Of a stretch of 64,000 bases of DNA, positions 28,371-43,021 are shown piece after piece. Location: positions 36,766,001 to 36,830,000 of the forward strand of contig NC_043015.1 of the NCBI RefSeq assembly GCF_006345805.1, read 5' to 3'. Position numbers and translations under genes: made by a program. The first letter of the stretch is position 1; the number at the start of each line of letters is the position of its first letter. The stretch is from Octopus sinensis (lineage: Eukaryota). The notes beneath the pieces were generated by a model. The model was not told the origin of the DNA, ran no database searches, and saw only the letters and a program-made list of their open reading frames with translations.

Positions 28371-28765
28371 GGCGGCAAGTTGAAAGAATAGTTAGTACGG
28401 CAAGCGAAATGCTTAGCGGTATTTCGTCTATCGCTACGTTCTGAGTTCAACTTCCGTCGAGGTCGACTTTGCCTTTCCTCCTTTCGGGATCGATTAAATA
28501 AGTACCAGTTACGCACTGGGGTCGATATAATCGACTTAATCCGTTTGTCTGTCCTTGTTTGTTCCCTCTGTGTTTAGCCCGTTGTGGGTAGTAAAGAAAT
28601 AGAAATAGGTATTTCGTCCGTCTTTATGTTCTGAGTTCAAATTCCACCGAGGTCGACTTTGCCTTTCATCCTTTCGGTGTCGATGAATTAAGTATCAGTG
28701 AAGCACTGGGGTCGTTGTAATTGACTAGTCCCCTCCCGCGAAAATTTCCTGTCTTGTGCCTTTAT
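28371..28765 (+). mobile_element. Two tandem SINE family B copies
   Basis: ggcggcaagttg...gttctgagttcaa...gaggtcgactttgcctttc occurs twice (about 28440 and 28630). Confidence 0.85.
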
Positions 28766-28794
28766 AATCATTATCATCATCATCATCATCTTCG

Positions 28795-28847
<53 letters not shown>

Positions 28848-29834
28848 TTCATCATCATTATTATCATCGTCACCACCACCACCGCCATCATCATCGTTCA
28901 TAATATTGGAAACAAAGCACGCCTTCGAATATTATAGTAAACGAACGGTAAATTTCAGGAAATCTTGTTTCGGTGGAGAGATGGCGATCTTGAGGACATG
29001 ATAAATACTTAAACAAATGAAAGATGGCTAACATTAAAGAAAACAGTTGAAAACACATAAATGTAGTTTTTGATGAAATGTCTGAAACGAATACTAGAAC
29101 CGCACTTCATTCTTTCATATAATGAGTTTTGGTGTGTGTGTGTCTGAGAGTCTGTGATTGAATGTGTGTGAGTGTGTGTGTGTGTTTCCTCGTTTTGACG
29201 CTCTCGTCTGACGTATAAATAGAAAGTAGAAATCAATAAATGTATGTATTTCTAAAATAAATACATCATAGCCATAGGCAAAACGGAAAAATAGCAACAA
29301 CAACAAGAACAACACGTTCAGTTTATTAAATATTAGAATTTCTATATCGTCGAAGTTTGATCCGTTTGATCAGACAGTTTGGTATCGTATTTGAAAAAGA
29401 AAAAAATATGGAACACAACTCAATCACGGCCAACAGTATTAGACTTTAGTTGTAATGAGGCGTCATTCCGGAGCTGGATATCAAGATGGCGTAATCACGT
29501 AAAATGTGAATCTATAACCAGTTGAATTAGTTTCTTTTGATTTAATTTGGAGTCGCTATTCTTAGAAGCATGAAACACACTCACTCGTATATTCCATTCT
29601 CTTACAGACTTAGTCTATCTTGCAAATTTTATATCATCACCTGACACTTGAGTGCTTTTAGCTGAGTTCGACATTATCTGGTAAATACTGAGGGTCAGCG
29701 GATAACATACTCGAATCCGTTTAGTTTTCTTGGGATACATAAAGCCTTGTCAGTGATCAGGATTGTTTAGCATCTGAGAAAGGAGAGCAATGTCTCTCCC
29801 TCTTTCTCTCTGTCTTTCTGCCTCCCTCTCACTG

Positions 29835-29877
<43 letters not shown>

Positions 29878-30061
29878 GCATATATATATATATGTATACA
29901 TATGTATGTATGTATGTATGTGTATATATATATATACACATACACGTCACTCTATTACTTTTGCCGAATATTAATAAAATACACATATTCTTATATTTTG
30001 AGTTCTATTTTTCAGTTCTTCTGTTTTCATCAACATACCTATATACATTCATACACACACG

Positions 30062-30135
<74 letters not shown>

Positions 30136-30327
30136 CATACATACATACATATATATAAATGTATGTATATATCTATATATATTTGTATATTCATAGGTAT
30201 ACATACATATGTCATCTACTGCATCTCCCGCTCCCTCTGCCCTTCTGTTTACATCGCACAAACCGATGTCCCTCTCACTCTTGTAGACCAAGAGCACATT
30301 TAAGGCGCACCTCAGAGCCTCTAAAAG

Positions 30328-30625
30328 GACTCAGACCCATCCCACAGTTCCTAACAGACACAACAATTGATTCAGAAAAACATTCCGTTGTTCATAGGCA
30401 AGAATGCATGACCCTTAAGAAACCCCGATCTTAACCCGTTGAACTTTGATGCTTGGTCCATTTTGGAACCGAGGGTCTCGAACAGTCGTCATACTCGACG
30501 CTCTGAAGGCAAAACTGCACCAGCAGGAAGCTTTAAATCCACACGAACATCTACTTGCAGCGTGCGAGGCATTCCAACCTAAACTTGACGCCGTCATTCG
30601 AAACAGACGTATTCATATCGAAAAC
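30328..30625 (+). pseudogene. Tc1/mariner superfamily DD37D (maT-like) transposase C-terminal remnant
   Basis: DSDPSHSS*QTQQLIQKNIPLFIGKNA*PLRNPDLNPLNFDAWSILE...LDALKAKL...AACEAFQPKLDAVIRN. There are 37 residues between the second and third catalytic positions, and the third D is mutated to N. Confidence 0.85.
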
Positions 30626-31003
30626 ACGTGGCAGTTTTATAATTGTGATTCCATTACCATTACATTGCAATGCTTGGGCCCAAAATATAATGGTATTTTC
30701 TTTGGCAAAATTAATGTAAGTTGTCTGCTCTAATTTGTTTATATATACATATACATACACACACACATACATATATATATATTGCGTTCACGATTTCGAT
30801 TTTTGGAGTGCGTGGTGCGTTGTCTGCTTAAGCAAAACAATTCATTTTATGTGATCAATCAGTGGCAAAAATGAGATAATTTTGCAACATTTTTACTGTA
30901 AACCATAAAGTCAGGAGGTATCAGATGGGAAGAAAAATTTGTTCATGCATATAACTTGACTGTAATCACAGTTGCATATTCTTTGAATCTATTTTGTACT
31001 ATT

Positions 31004-31035
<32 letters not shown>

Positions 31036-31088
31036 CTCTCTCTGTATCTATCTATCTCTCCCTTTCTCTTTCAACAAATTTATAAACA

Positions 31089-31188
<100 letters not shown>

Positions 31189-31739
31189 GCAAGTGTATGT
31201 TCGTATGTCTGTGCGCGTATTTATGATATCGTGCCAGTATAACTTCAGCTTTAGAAAATGATTTATATTCTAGATTTGGCACATGTCACTCTGCCTTTAA
31301 CCCGTTGAATTAATTTCATCTTTTTTACGTCACTCTTTACGTCACGTCCGCCGCTCTTCGCTAACGGAGAAATAGTACAACGTCTGAAAATAGTATTTCT
31401 AACTCGTCAACTATAAAAGCAAGTCAATACTTGAAACATGTCACGAAGATAACCATGAAATATTAGACTCAATGTCAGCAGTTTCTTAAATTTCTCGACG
31501 ATAGGAAATCCACAGGTCGTCGAGAGAATAAATTGAACAGAAGAGATAATAAAAAAAAAAACGAAAATCATAACAGCACGTCCCCGGTTAAATGAATGAA
31601 GGATAGCAACGTCTTGAAACAGTAAACACACACACACAAAAAAAAGAAATGGAGAAATTTTGGAAAAAAATTAAACCTCATCGTTATTGTGATTATTCTT
31701 ATCGAAGTTGTGGTATTAATAATGAAATTAATCCTTTCA

Positions 31740-32310
31740 ATTATGGCCACAAAGCCTGAAACTTGGTGGGAGGGGTCAAGTCGATTACATTGATGCCTGT
31801 GCTTAACCGGCACTCATTTCATCGAATCTGAGAGGGTAAAAAGCAAAGTTAACCTCGGTGGCATTTGAGCTCACAACACAAAGATTTGAACTCACAACCT
31901 ACGAAATACTGTTATGCATTTTGCCCGGTTTCCTACCGATTCTACCACCTCGCCACTTTAGTAACATTATTAATGATCTTTTGTACTGTAGGCACAAGGC
32001 CTGGAATTTGTAGAGTGGGGGTAAGTCGATCACTTTGACCTCGGTACTTAATTGGTACTTAATTTATCGACCCTAAAAGGATAAGAGGCAAAATCGAACG
32101 CGGTGGAATTCGAGGTAATAATATTATTAATTATAAGAGTAATGCTGAGAACAAGGATATTGAGGACCACGATAATAATCTAATCAGGGCCTGAAATTTG
32201 GTGTGAGGTGTTAGTCGATTATATGGACCCCACAACCAAATAGTGCTTATTTTACCGGCCCCGAAAGGATGAAATGCAAAGTCGATCTTGGTGGATTTGA
32301 ACTCATAGAG
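31740..32310 (-). mobile_element. Cluster of three degenerate SINE family B copies
   Basis: Repeated atcgaccc/ccccgaaaggat...aaagtcga/ttaacctcggtgg blocks at about 31820, 32070 and 32260. Confidence 0.75.
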
Positions 32311-32334
32311 TAAATCCAGAGGAAATGCTGCTCT

Positions 32335-32736
32335 CTTTACTTTACTTTTTTCAGTCATTTGACTGCGGCCATGCTGGAGCACGGCCTTTAATCGAGCAAC
32401 TCGACCCCGGGACTTATTCTTTGTAAGCCCAGTACTTATTCTATCGCTCTCTTTTTGCCGAACCGCTAAGTGACGGGGACATAAACACACCAGCATCAGT
32501 TGTCAAGCAATGATAGGGGGACAAACACAGACACACAAACACACACACATACATATATATATATACATATATACGACGGGCTTCTTTCAGTTTCCGTCTA
32601 CCAAATCCACTCACAAGGCTTTGGTTGGCCCGAGGCTATAGTAGAAGACACTTGCCCAAGGTGCCACGCAGTGGGACTGAACCCGGAACCATGTGGTTGC
32701 TAAAGAAGCTACTTACCACACAACCACTCCTACGCA
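32335..32736 (-). mobile_element. SINE family A, full length
   Basis: Well-preserved copy. The minus-strand head gtggttgtgtggtaag...ggttccgggttcagtcccactgcgtggcaccttgggcaagtgtc contains A- and B-box-like motifs. Confidence 0.9.
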
Positions 32737-33744
32737 TCTTTTACTTCCGGTGTGGAACCGATTCGGAAGCTCACAGCCTCCAGCGTTTTAGTGAGAACAA
32801 CATTAAGTAGGTTCCAGTTTGCTAAAATATATTTCAGATTGAATGCAGCCTTGTAGACTTAGACATGTCAGAATGCGATTATGCCGGAACGGTAAAGCCA
32901 CATATTTTCGCCCGATATTTCAAAATGTTCCTGCAGAATGTCGAATCGATCATCAGAGGAAACTACTCGATCTTATATGTCAATAGATTTATTTTTATGT
33001 TTTTTATATTTTACTCGTTAGAAATGAGAGCAAGAAAGAGAGAGAGAGAGAAAAAGAGAGAGAGAGTGAGTGATGAGGATGAGACTAGTTTATTGCTTCC
33101 TGATGTTCAAAGAACAGCTTTTGAAACTGACATTGGCATCGTGCTTATTTGTTTACATTCGTAATACTTTACAGCAGACATTGATTCAGCTCTGATAAAA
33201 ATAACAGAGATTTTATTGTTATTTTTTACTGTTCTACTTATTTTTATTTTTATTGTTATATATTTCGAACGTCTGGTTTTTGTTATTTCTGCAACTAGAC
33301 TACGTTTATGTTGCGTTTTTTCCCATCAGTACACTTAAAATTTTATTTGCTACGCAACTGTTTCTTGTTTTACTCAATGTACATTATGTTAATCAGTTTG
33401 AAAAACGATTTTCGAAGAATTATTATTTTTTACTTTGTTTTACTCAGCCTCTCTCTCACTCACACTCTCTCTATCACTCTCTCTCCTCCTCTCTCCCTCA
33501 CACCTTCTCTCTCACTATCTCCAATTCTTTAAATTTTACAGTTGCATAATCCGCAGTTGCTTTTGTTCCACCTTATTTTATCGTCTGATAAAATAGATTT
33601 GAAGTACCAAGAGCAGCTTTCCGATTTTCTGTACATAAGCTCATTAGTGAGAATTTCGATTTGCAATGGGAATGGTTGTGTTTGTGTGGCTATATGTGTG
33701 TGTGTGTGTGTGTGTGGTGTGTGTGTGGTGTGTGTGTGTATATA

Positions 33745-33815
<71 letters not shown>

Positions 33816-33842
33816 TATATATATATATATAATATATATATA

Positions 33843-33843
33843 T

Positions 33844-33884
<41 letters not shown>

Positions 33885-33920
33885 CAAATAGATAGATAGA
33901 TAAATAAATAGATAGATAGG

Positions 33921-33962
<42 letters not shown>

Positions 33963-33981
33963 TATAGATAGATAGATAGAT

Positions 33982-34062
<81 letters not shown>

Positions 34063-34070
34063 TTAGATGG
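33843..34070. repeat. (GATA)n microsatellite
   Basis: Direct reading. Confidence 0.95.
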
Positions 34071-34276
34071 ATCATACAAGAAGATGGATAGAACAGACTT
34101 TAAGCCAAATCACTACAATCCTTTCTGTGATTCAACATCAGCTGTTAATTTGTGAGTTGTTTCACATACATATTATATAAATCTTATTCAGAAATCTATG
34201 TCCTTGCACGTCATGCATGTACGTATGTATGAATGTATCCATGCATGTATGTATGTTTATATATATATATATTATA

Positions 34277-34310
<34 letters not shown>

Positions 34311-35199
34311 CATGTACGTACGTATGCTTACCTATTTGCGAATGTACCAACCTATATTTCCCGAGCTTATAAGATGTGTATTGTCGAAGTTTTGCCTTTG
34401 TCTCTCATCAATAGCATTGGTGAGACCAAACGACAGCGAAACCCTTGCTATGTGTACTGGTTTCGAAGCTGGACATGAGAACCAGTGACTCTCAAATATG
34501 AAGGGACACCAAGGAAAGTAGCATCCAAGTAATGACATCAATCTCATCGGTCACTCTATGTGTGAGAGTGTTAATGTTAGAAACTTTTTCTGTATCTTAT
34601 AAGTTGTCTCAACCATCAGACTGCGGCCATGCTTGAGCACCCCTTGCAGGATGTTAAAGTAATTTACTTTTTAAGCCTGTTTCTTATTTTATTCCATAAA
34701 ATACATGGGGACGTAAATATACCTACACCGGTTGTCATGTGATTGTATGGGAAAAGCATGAACCGCAAATAAACACACACAAGGGCCAGTCAATAGCTTG
34801 CTAGGACCGCTGAGTTGCCCTTGCCAAGCGGTGGTGCCCCAGCACGGCCGCGGCCTTCGGGCTAAAACATTTTTAAGGATTTAAGGATGCGACAGGCCAG
34901 CATTCAGTTCCCGTCTACCAAATTCCTTCACAAACATTTGGTCGCTCTCATGCTAGAGTACAAAACATTTGCGCAGTGTGCCTCAGGGTGATGCTAAACC
35001 TGGAAGTATATCGTTGTGAAGCAAACTTCTTATCACACAAGCACGCATGCGCATCTTTCAGCATTTCAGACATCGATGTAAGCATTATTTGCATACTGGA
35101 CTTCTTTCGCGATAGAAGGTTGTCTGTTTATTTGGGATTGGTGTTTCTAGCCGGGCCTGTGCCCGAGTAGAATTGGCGCAAGCTTTATAGTGTGAGACA

Positions 35200-35525
35200 C
35201 AAGAAGCATGTTGACTCTTAACTCTTGCAATTTCCAGCCATTACATTGCGCCCATGCTGGAGTATCCCTTGAAAACTATTTGACTCAAGTGTATACATTT
35301 TTAAACCTGTTACTTGTTCTATCGTTCTCATTTCTCGAACCGCTAGGTTACGGAGACGTAAAAACACCAACACCAGCCGATGTGGGAGCAAACATATTAA
35401 AAGAGACACGAACTCATGTATATATACGACGATCTTCTTTCAGTTTCCATCCGCCAAATTCACTCACAACGCTTTGGTCGGCCAGAACCTATAGCAGAAG
35501 AAGCTTGCCTAAGGGACCACTCTGA
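35200..35525 (-). mobile_element. SINE family A, degenerate
   Basis: ccatgctggagtatc...gaaccgctaggttacggagacgtaaa...atacgacgatcttctttcagtttcc. Confidence 0.75.
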
Positions 35526-35973
35526 GACATTGTGTGTCTGAAACGGACCGGTGGCCCTTTCAAAATGAATCACTTTAGTTACTTATAGATACTTATAGTG
35601 CACGGAAACCGGATTCACGCCCTTAAGCACCCTATGGCTCAAGGAAAATACGAAAGATAAAAAACAACCATAACAGCTCAATGTAAGAAGACGCTCCAAG
35701 GAAAAGCCCATGAAATTTGAACTGCTAGGTGTTCTACCATTGAGCCACCTCTCAATTTATTCTCGCTCAACTTAGAAGTGATTGTCTTACATTTTGTTTG
35801 TCGAGATAATTAACTGTCATTTCATTCGTGTCGAGAGACCACATACAGTTGTTTCTCTACTAATATCAAATATCGGAATGGCAAAACTCAACAAATAGAA
35901 TGTAGACAGCATAAAATCATCTCTCTCACATACACACATATACATATATACAGATATATATATATATATATAT

Positions 35974-36039
<66 letters not shown>

Positions 36040-36737
36040 GGACGGACACTCGAACAAATTTCGATCTACACTATTTAACTGTGGAGGCACAAGCCAACGG
36101 GATTAAAACTGAAAATAGTTCTGCCCCCGTCGCTCTAAAATGGGATTTAAACTTGAAGAACTGTGATTTTGTAAATAAGAATTCTTAACCAGAGCGTCAT
36201 TTAGAATTTCGAATACTTAGCAATGCAATTGTAGTGTCGTCACCCGATTTAAAATCGCTAATATTCAAATTAATAGCTTTAAATAATTTCAATATATTTT
36301 TAAGCTTCTTATGTATAAATACGTTGTCGTAAAAACGGAACGATCCACAAAGAACATAATTATTTCTGTCTCATTATCTTCACGTGTCGTTCTGTTCTTC
36401 TTTTTTTCTTTTATAATGTCTTCAGATCTTCAACTTCGTCTTAATCTACTTCGCAAACTTCTCCTCCCACCTCCAACACCCCTCTCTAACCTATTTTTCT
36501 CTTTATCTTATTTGATCTTCTATTCTTCATTTCTATTTCGACGGCAACTTTTTGTTCTTTCTCCCTCCAGTTCTTACCGTTCTTCAGTATCTTTACCTGT
36601 CGACTCCTCCCTCTCCACCCACTTTCTATCATTCATTATTTGTTCTAATTCTTCGTATCATTTTAAAACTTCTTTGACATCTTTGTTGTCGGCTTTGTTG
36701 TAGTTGGAATTCTTCAATATATTCTTTCACGATTTCG

Positions 36738-36885
36738 TTCTTCTTCTTTTCTTCTTCTTCTTCTTCTTCTTCTTCTTCTTCTTCTTCTTCTTTTCTTCTT
36801 CTTCTTCTTCTTCTTCTTCTTCTTCATCATCATCATCATCATCATCATCTTCTTCTTCTTCTTCTTCATCATCATCATCATCTTC

Positions 36886-36916
<31 letters not shown>

Positions 36917-37090
36917 CCATCATCATCTTCTTCCTCTTGTACTTCTTCCGCTTCTCCTCCACCGCCTCCTTTATAGTAGATACTCTCTTCATGCTTTTCT
37001 TCTCATCCTCATCCTCCTCCACTTATCCTAATTTTTGTTGTCGTTGTTGTTGTTATTATCATTAGTATTATTATTATTAGTTTTATTATT
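36738..37090. repeat. Compound trinucleotide repeats (TTC/TCA/GTT/ATT)
   Basis: Direct reading. The poly-S/K/M ORFs here are repeat artefacts. Confidence 0.9.
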
Positions 37091-37446
37091 GCTACTATAT
37101 TTGAGGCATTGTGCTGAATCCATAGTGAAGATTGCCCCACCGCCCTCCTTTGGCCGGGGGAGGCAGGGACTTATTTTTGGTCTGGTGAGAGTAGCAAAAG
37201 AGTTTGCATAGTGAACTCGTTTGAAAAGGTTTTGGTCAGACACTTTCCTCTTTGGCCCCCGTCAACTCTTTCTAGTTTCACTTGGAAAGGAAAGTGAGAG
37301 TGGAGAGCAAGTTTATTGAAAGGTATGAGAATTTTGGAAAAAAGGTCAGTGTGAAAGGAGCAATTCTGAGTGCAACGTCGTAACCACAAGGTCACTCACC
37401 TTCACCAAAATGCGTTATATTTCATCACACTATATTATATGTTTGT

Positions 37447-37668
37447 TTATTACAACAAGGGGCTAAACACAGAGAGGACAAACAAGAACAGACAAACAGA
37501 TTAAGTGGATGATATCGACCCCAGTGTGTAACTAGTACTTATTTAATCGACCCCGAAGGATGAACGGCAAAGTCGACCTCGGCGGAATTTGAACTCAGAA
37601 CGTAACGGCAGACGAAATACTACTAAGCATTTCGCCCGGCGTGCTAACGTTTCTGCCAGCTCGCCGCC
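37447..37668 (-). mobile_element. SINE family B, full length
   Basis: atcgaccccgaaggatgaacggcaaagtcgacctcggcggaatttgaactcagaacgtaac...ctgccagctcgccgcct. Confidence 0.9.
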
Positions 37669-37718
37669 TCATGTTATATATCACCTTACATTATATACAC
37701 GCACCTGCACACGCAACG

Positions 37719-37750
<32 letters not shown>

Positions 37751-38365
37751 CGCACACACTTTACACTTGTGTGTCCTTATGCATGTGATTCTGCTCATTA
37801 CACATACATGGGAGAGTGAACATGTTTTATGCACGTGTTTTAGTAGATTCCTCTTCGTATACGTATTTATGACTATAGACGTGGGATTTCCTTCCTCTTT
37901 CTACCGACGCTAGTATATATCTACATACGCATAGGCGTATATTCAGAAGATATCCAGTCGTATATGTGAATGTAAACGTGTCTGTACATTTATTTGCGCT
38001 TTTCAACAAAAGTACCGCATTGATAATTGGATTCACTGGTTCTATTGTAAATAATATAATTATGAAATGTCTCTTAATGAGTTGAAGAACAGCAGCGATG
38101 TCTCTTGGAAAATAAGTCATGCTTCGTAACAATGTAGAGAAAGAAATTACAAAATTCTTCATTCTCTTTCTAATAGAGTTGTTAGTTAATTCCATAATGT
38201 TTTTGATTTTTGACTTAATTCTTCCTCAATAATGTCTCTTGTGCATTCGATTTGCGTTAACCCAGAATATATAATTATTCTTGCATATTTACACACGTAC
38301 ACATATGCACGGATATGCATATAAAGGTACATGCATACTTATGTACATATAAAAATAGGTATGTA

Positions 38366-38408
<43 letters not shown>

Positions 38409-38542
38409 TATATATGCATATACATATATATATATATATATATATGTATATATGCATATACATATATATGTATATACATATATATATGTATATAGATATA
38501 TATGTATATGTATATACATATATATATATTTCTGTATATGTA

Positions 38543-38592
<50 letters not shown>

Positions 38593-39429
38593 TATGTATA
38601 TAGGTATATACATATATATATATATGCATTTATATACATATATACGTATATATATATATTGATAGTAAGTTAAAAACAGGGAAAAAGAAAACGAAAAACG
38701 AACGAAGTTGTGAATGTAGCACAAGCAATGTATAAATAAGAAACTCAGAGAAGGCAAAGAGTAGTAATTTCATGTTTGGTGCATGACTCTTCTTCGCCAA
38801 CAGGAAAATCCAAGTGGGAGGAGGTAAAAAAGTCGGCAAGAAGCACGTGCGGTTACGTTTTTGAAATGACCAGAAACAGAAAGAATGAAGAAGGTGTTTT
38901 CTGGTACACGAGATGGCGAAAATGGTCAGTATGTGTATGTATGAGTGTGTGTGTGTTTGCGCATGTGTGTTCGTATGTGTGTGTGCGCGGACGGGCGTGT
39001 TAATGTTTTTGTGCGTGTATGAGAATGTGTGCATGTGAGTGTGTGTGTGTGCGGGTGGTGGTGTATGTGTGGAGTGTGTGTGTACGTGTATGTGTATGTG
39101 TGTGTGCACGCGAATGTATGTGTTGTGTTTGTCGGGTGTAGTATAGCATTAAAATAGCAATAAAAAAGTTTAAATTAGTGAAAACTAAAAATAGAAGTAT
39201 ATAATTCAAATAAACAAAATAGCGAAAATTAAAAAAATAGTAATAATAAATAAATAAATGTGAATGAATCAGCAGCAGAAAAAAAATTGGTAAAAGAAAT
39301 AGAATCAGTAAATGGAATAATTAAAATGATTAAAAATATTATAAAAGAATTATAAAAAAACCTAACCGAATAAAAAAGATTCAGTAAAATGTTGTTGTAA
39401 AAATGAAGGGCGTGTGTGGGTGGAATGTC

Positions 39430-39900
39430 ACTGAGGGGAGGGGGTTGCGATGCATCCTTTGTTAGCTTGAGTACGTAGAGTGAAAATGTAGCGCTGTTCA
39501 AGGCGGAGCGTAAAGTCGGTGGATGCCTGGAGTAGGGCAAGCAGAAGATGGTGAGGTCTGAGGTGGAGCTGTCAGCCAAGTGAATATGATGGGCGATCCT
39601 TGTCTTGTAGGTGTCGGTGACCAATTTAAACTTTATTGCAAAGATGAAACCTGATGCAGTAAATGAAGCTTGGAGAAGTGATGAAAAATGGGGGTTCCTA
39701 ATGTAGAGGGTGTGTTGGAAAAAGGGAAGAATCCGGGCTACGCTGGAATGGAAAGGGGTGGAGCTACGGACCACTAGGTCGCATAGATTACGGGTGGGGT
39801 GGAAGGAAAGCAAGGGAGTATTGTGGAAAATAAGGAAGGTGTTGATGTCTAGACGGAAGGCCCGCAGCATCTTCCCATCGTCTGGACTGGCTATCCTGGA
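39430..39900 (-). pseudogene. Penelope-like element 3' remnant (linker plus GIY-YIG region)
   Basis: IFHNTPLLSFHPTRNLCDLVVRS resembles the PLE linker motif, and an alternate frame gives the C-terminal LRLEQRYIFTLRT. Confidence 0.65.
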
Positions 39901-40021
39901 CAAGGAAATTATCTTTTACACTTGCATATCCATGGCTCAGCTAACCGAATCTTCGAAGGCACTATCTATAGTATTCTTATTAAAGAATAGCTTTATACAC
40001 ACACAGACACACAGACATATG

Positions 40022-40151
40022 TGTGTGGCTGTGTGGTTCCGGGTTCAGTCCAAAAGCATAGGACCTTGGGCAAGTGTCTTCTACTATAGCCTCGGACAAA
40101 CAAAATGCTTGTGAGTAGATTTGGTAGACGGAAACTGAAAGAAGTCCGTCG

Positions 40152-40229
<78 letters not shown>

Positions 40230-40512
40230 TGTGTGTATGTGTGTGTGTGTGTATACATATATATATATATACACATATATATATATATGTATGCATATGT
40301 GTGTGTGTATGTTTGTGTGTCTGCCTTTGACCCCCCCAACATCGCTTGACAACCAATGTTGGTGTGTCTACGTCCCCGTCACTTAGCGGTTCGGAAAGAG
40401 AGACCGATTAGAATAAGTTCTAGGCTCTAGTACTGAGATCGATTTGCTCGACTACAGTCGGTGTTCCAGCATGGCCGCAGTCAGATGGCTGAAACAAGTA
40501 AAACAATAAAAG
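40022..40512 (+). mobile_element. SINE family A, near full length
   Basis: tggctgtgtggttccgggttcagtcc...ccagcatggccgcagtcagatggctgaaacaagtaaa. Confidence 0.9.
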
Positions 40513-40605
40513 AATATATATATTTATATATATATATACATGTATATATATATATAGACTTATACATATATATGTATATATATACATACATATATATATT
40601 TATAT

Positions 40606-40640
<35 letters not shown>

Positions 40641-40704
40641 GTACGTTTAAATATTTGTTGTGCAACATTTTTTATGTGAAGTCGTGTGTTGAAACAGATA
40701 TTGT

Positions 40705-40828
40705 TATATTTCGGAATGGTCATATTGCCAGTTTAGCCAATAAAAACACACGCACTATATATAACACCAAATATATAGTGCGTGTGTTTTTATTGGCTAA
40801 ACTGGCAATATGACCATTCCGAAATATA
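40705..40828. repeat. Perfect ~58-bp inverted repeat with an 8-nt loop
   Basis: tatatttcggaatggtcatattgccagtttagccaataaaaacacacgcactatatat, loop aacaccaa, then the exact reverse complement. Confidence 0.9.
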
Positions 40829-40989
40829 TATATATCACTAGCTATGCCGATGATAGAAATTATCACAGGTAACAATAAACCAAGATGTCACGTGACGCTT
40901 ACACGTGACCTGCATTCGATTTGAAAGTTGGTCGAAATAAACTACATGCAGTTCAATGGTGGACAATTTTAACCATTGCACTATCAACT

Positions 40990-41670
40990 CCAGTACAGCC
41001 TTCATCTACACGACCCGAATGCACTATTATCCAAGAGTCACGGGTAGTGAAACACTTGGGGATCAGTATGTGCAATGACACATAATTTGATATGCTCATT
41101 ACGAAGGTGCCAGCAAAATGCTGACAACTGGCAGGATACATACTGAGGTCCTTCAAGACAAGCGAATCTTTTTTTCTCAGCTGCCTGAACCACCGCTCGT
41201 AGCTATGGTTACCACATAGTGCCAAATTAACAGTGGAGCTTTGAAGCGCTCCAATCCCACAACACTAGTATGATTGCATCGGTGCAGCGGATGAGCTACA
41301 GGGATAGGCTGAGAAAGAGTAACTTTACTCCCTGAGACGAAGGCGAGTGAGAGATATGCAATAATATAATATAGATATGGAAAATTGTAGAAGGGCTAGT
41401 ACTACCTATCCTTGGCATTGAGTGTTATACAAATGCCAGAACTGGCCACCATTGTATTATATCAGAGTTACCATGCTCTCCTTTATGATGTCTTCAATAG
41501 GAACTATACATCCTCCTCTCCGCAATACTGGATCAACCAACAACATGGCGTGAGGTGCAGGCAAGGACAGAAGAATCAAACTCCCTTATACACTAAATGG
41601 GCCAACAACTGGTACAAAGGTACATACAGGAGTGGTGGTGGGAAGCACTCTAGTCTGCGGATATCAAAAA
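40990..41670 (+). pseudogene. CR1/L2-like LINE 3' remnant
   Basis: SRVVKHLGI...LAGYILRSFKT...MSYRDRLRK...YSLRRRR...YAII...WKIVEGLV, across frameshifts. Confidence 0.75.
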
Positions 41671-42584
41671 GACCAGCTCGGTGCTCCAGCATGACCGAAG
41701 CCGCATGGCTGAAACGAGTAAAGGAATAAAGGAATATAGACATGTATATATGTGTGTGTGTGTGTATGTGTGTGTCTATGTATATTTACATATGTGTATA
41801 ATGAGATAAATAGATATATAGATAAATAGATATATACATAGATAGATAGAACACATGCACACACACACACACATATATATAAATATACATATAGGTATAT
41901 AAAGATATGTGGATGTGTACGCATGTGTGTGCATGTATGTGCGTGCGTTAGTGCGTGTGTACGCATACATAATTCTACACATATGTGATATTTGTGTATA
42001 CACATCAACTCCCAAGACGGCTAAACAGGAACAGGAGTGATAAAAAAGCGGGAGAAGATAGGAACAGATTGAAACGTATATTCGTCAATTTATGCCAGAT
42101 AAAGAGAAAACAAATTTTACACTCTCATTAAACCTGTTTCGAGCGATTAAATTATTTCCTTTATTGGAGAATATAGGCGACGGATTAAACCAAATTGACG
42201 TTCAATATTTCCCTCACTGAAATTACGAAGACTTGATTACTCGGTGCACAATTTCTAAAAAGTGAGAAAAAAAAATGAGTTGTTTTGTCATCCTATTAAA
42301 CATTTCCCATTTGTATTGTATTTTATGTTGCCTATATTTGAATGTTATGGTTACCATTTGTCTCCTTTGCTAGTTGCCTTCTGTTCATCTACACACCACC
42401 ATAGAAGTGTATATTAACTCATAGCAATGCGTACGCATGCGCAATATTAGGCACACACACACACGATGGCGTACCACCCATGTGGAATTCATTGGTATGA
42501 GCCTGTCTCTTTGCATCTGGCAGTGCGTATATGCATGTGCGTGTGCGTGTATATGTGTGCATGTGTGCGTGTATTCGTTTCAAA

Positions 42585-42722
42585 TTATGGCACAAGGCCA
42601 GTAATTATGGGGAAGTGGGTAATTCGATTACATCGGCCCCAGTGTTCACTGGTACTTATTTTAAGAACCATGAATAGTTGGAAGACAAAATCGACCTCGG
42701 TAGAATTTGAAGTCAGGCCGTA
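42585..42722 (-). mobile_element. SINE family B fragment
   Basis: aattcgattacatcggccccagtgttcactggtacttatt...aaaatcgacctcggtagaatttgaa. Confidence 0.7.
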
Positions 42723-42929
42723 AGTTCTTGAAATGGCAATAACAACAAAAAATGAGAAAAAAAGACGTGTTCTTATTCTTCCAATCAGGACTCACGCCAT
42801 TAACCACAAAGAATAATCTCTAATTCGAGTCTACTCTAAGCTACTAAGAATGCGTGTGACAACTTGAAGATCCACCCATTACACGCGATAGACTGGTGGT
42901 TGCACGGGTGCGAAAGAGTTCAGCGGAGC

Positions 42930-43021
42930 TTAGGTGTTCACAATGCCCGGTCTGTGAATCGAAACCCCGTTCTTACGACCGCGAGTCCACTGCCCTAACC
43001 ACTGGGCCATTGTGCTTCCAC
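42930..43021 (-). mobile_element. tRNA-like head of SINE family C
   Basis: Reverse complement tggaagcacaatggcccagtggttagggcagtggactcgcggtcg...ggtttcgattc matches the head at 46357. Confidence 0.75.
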
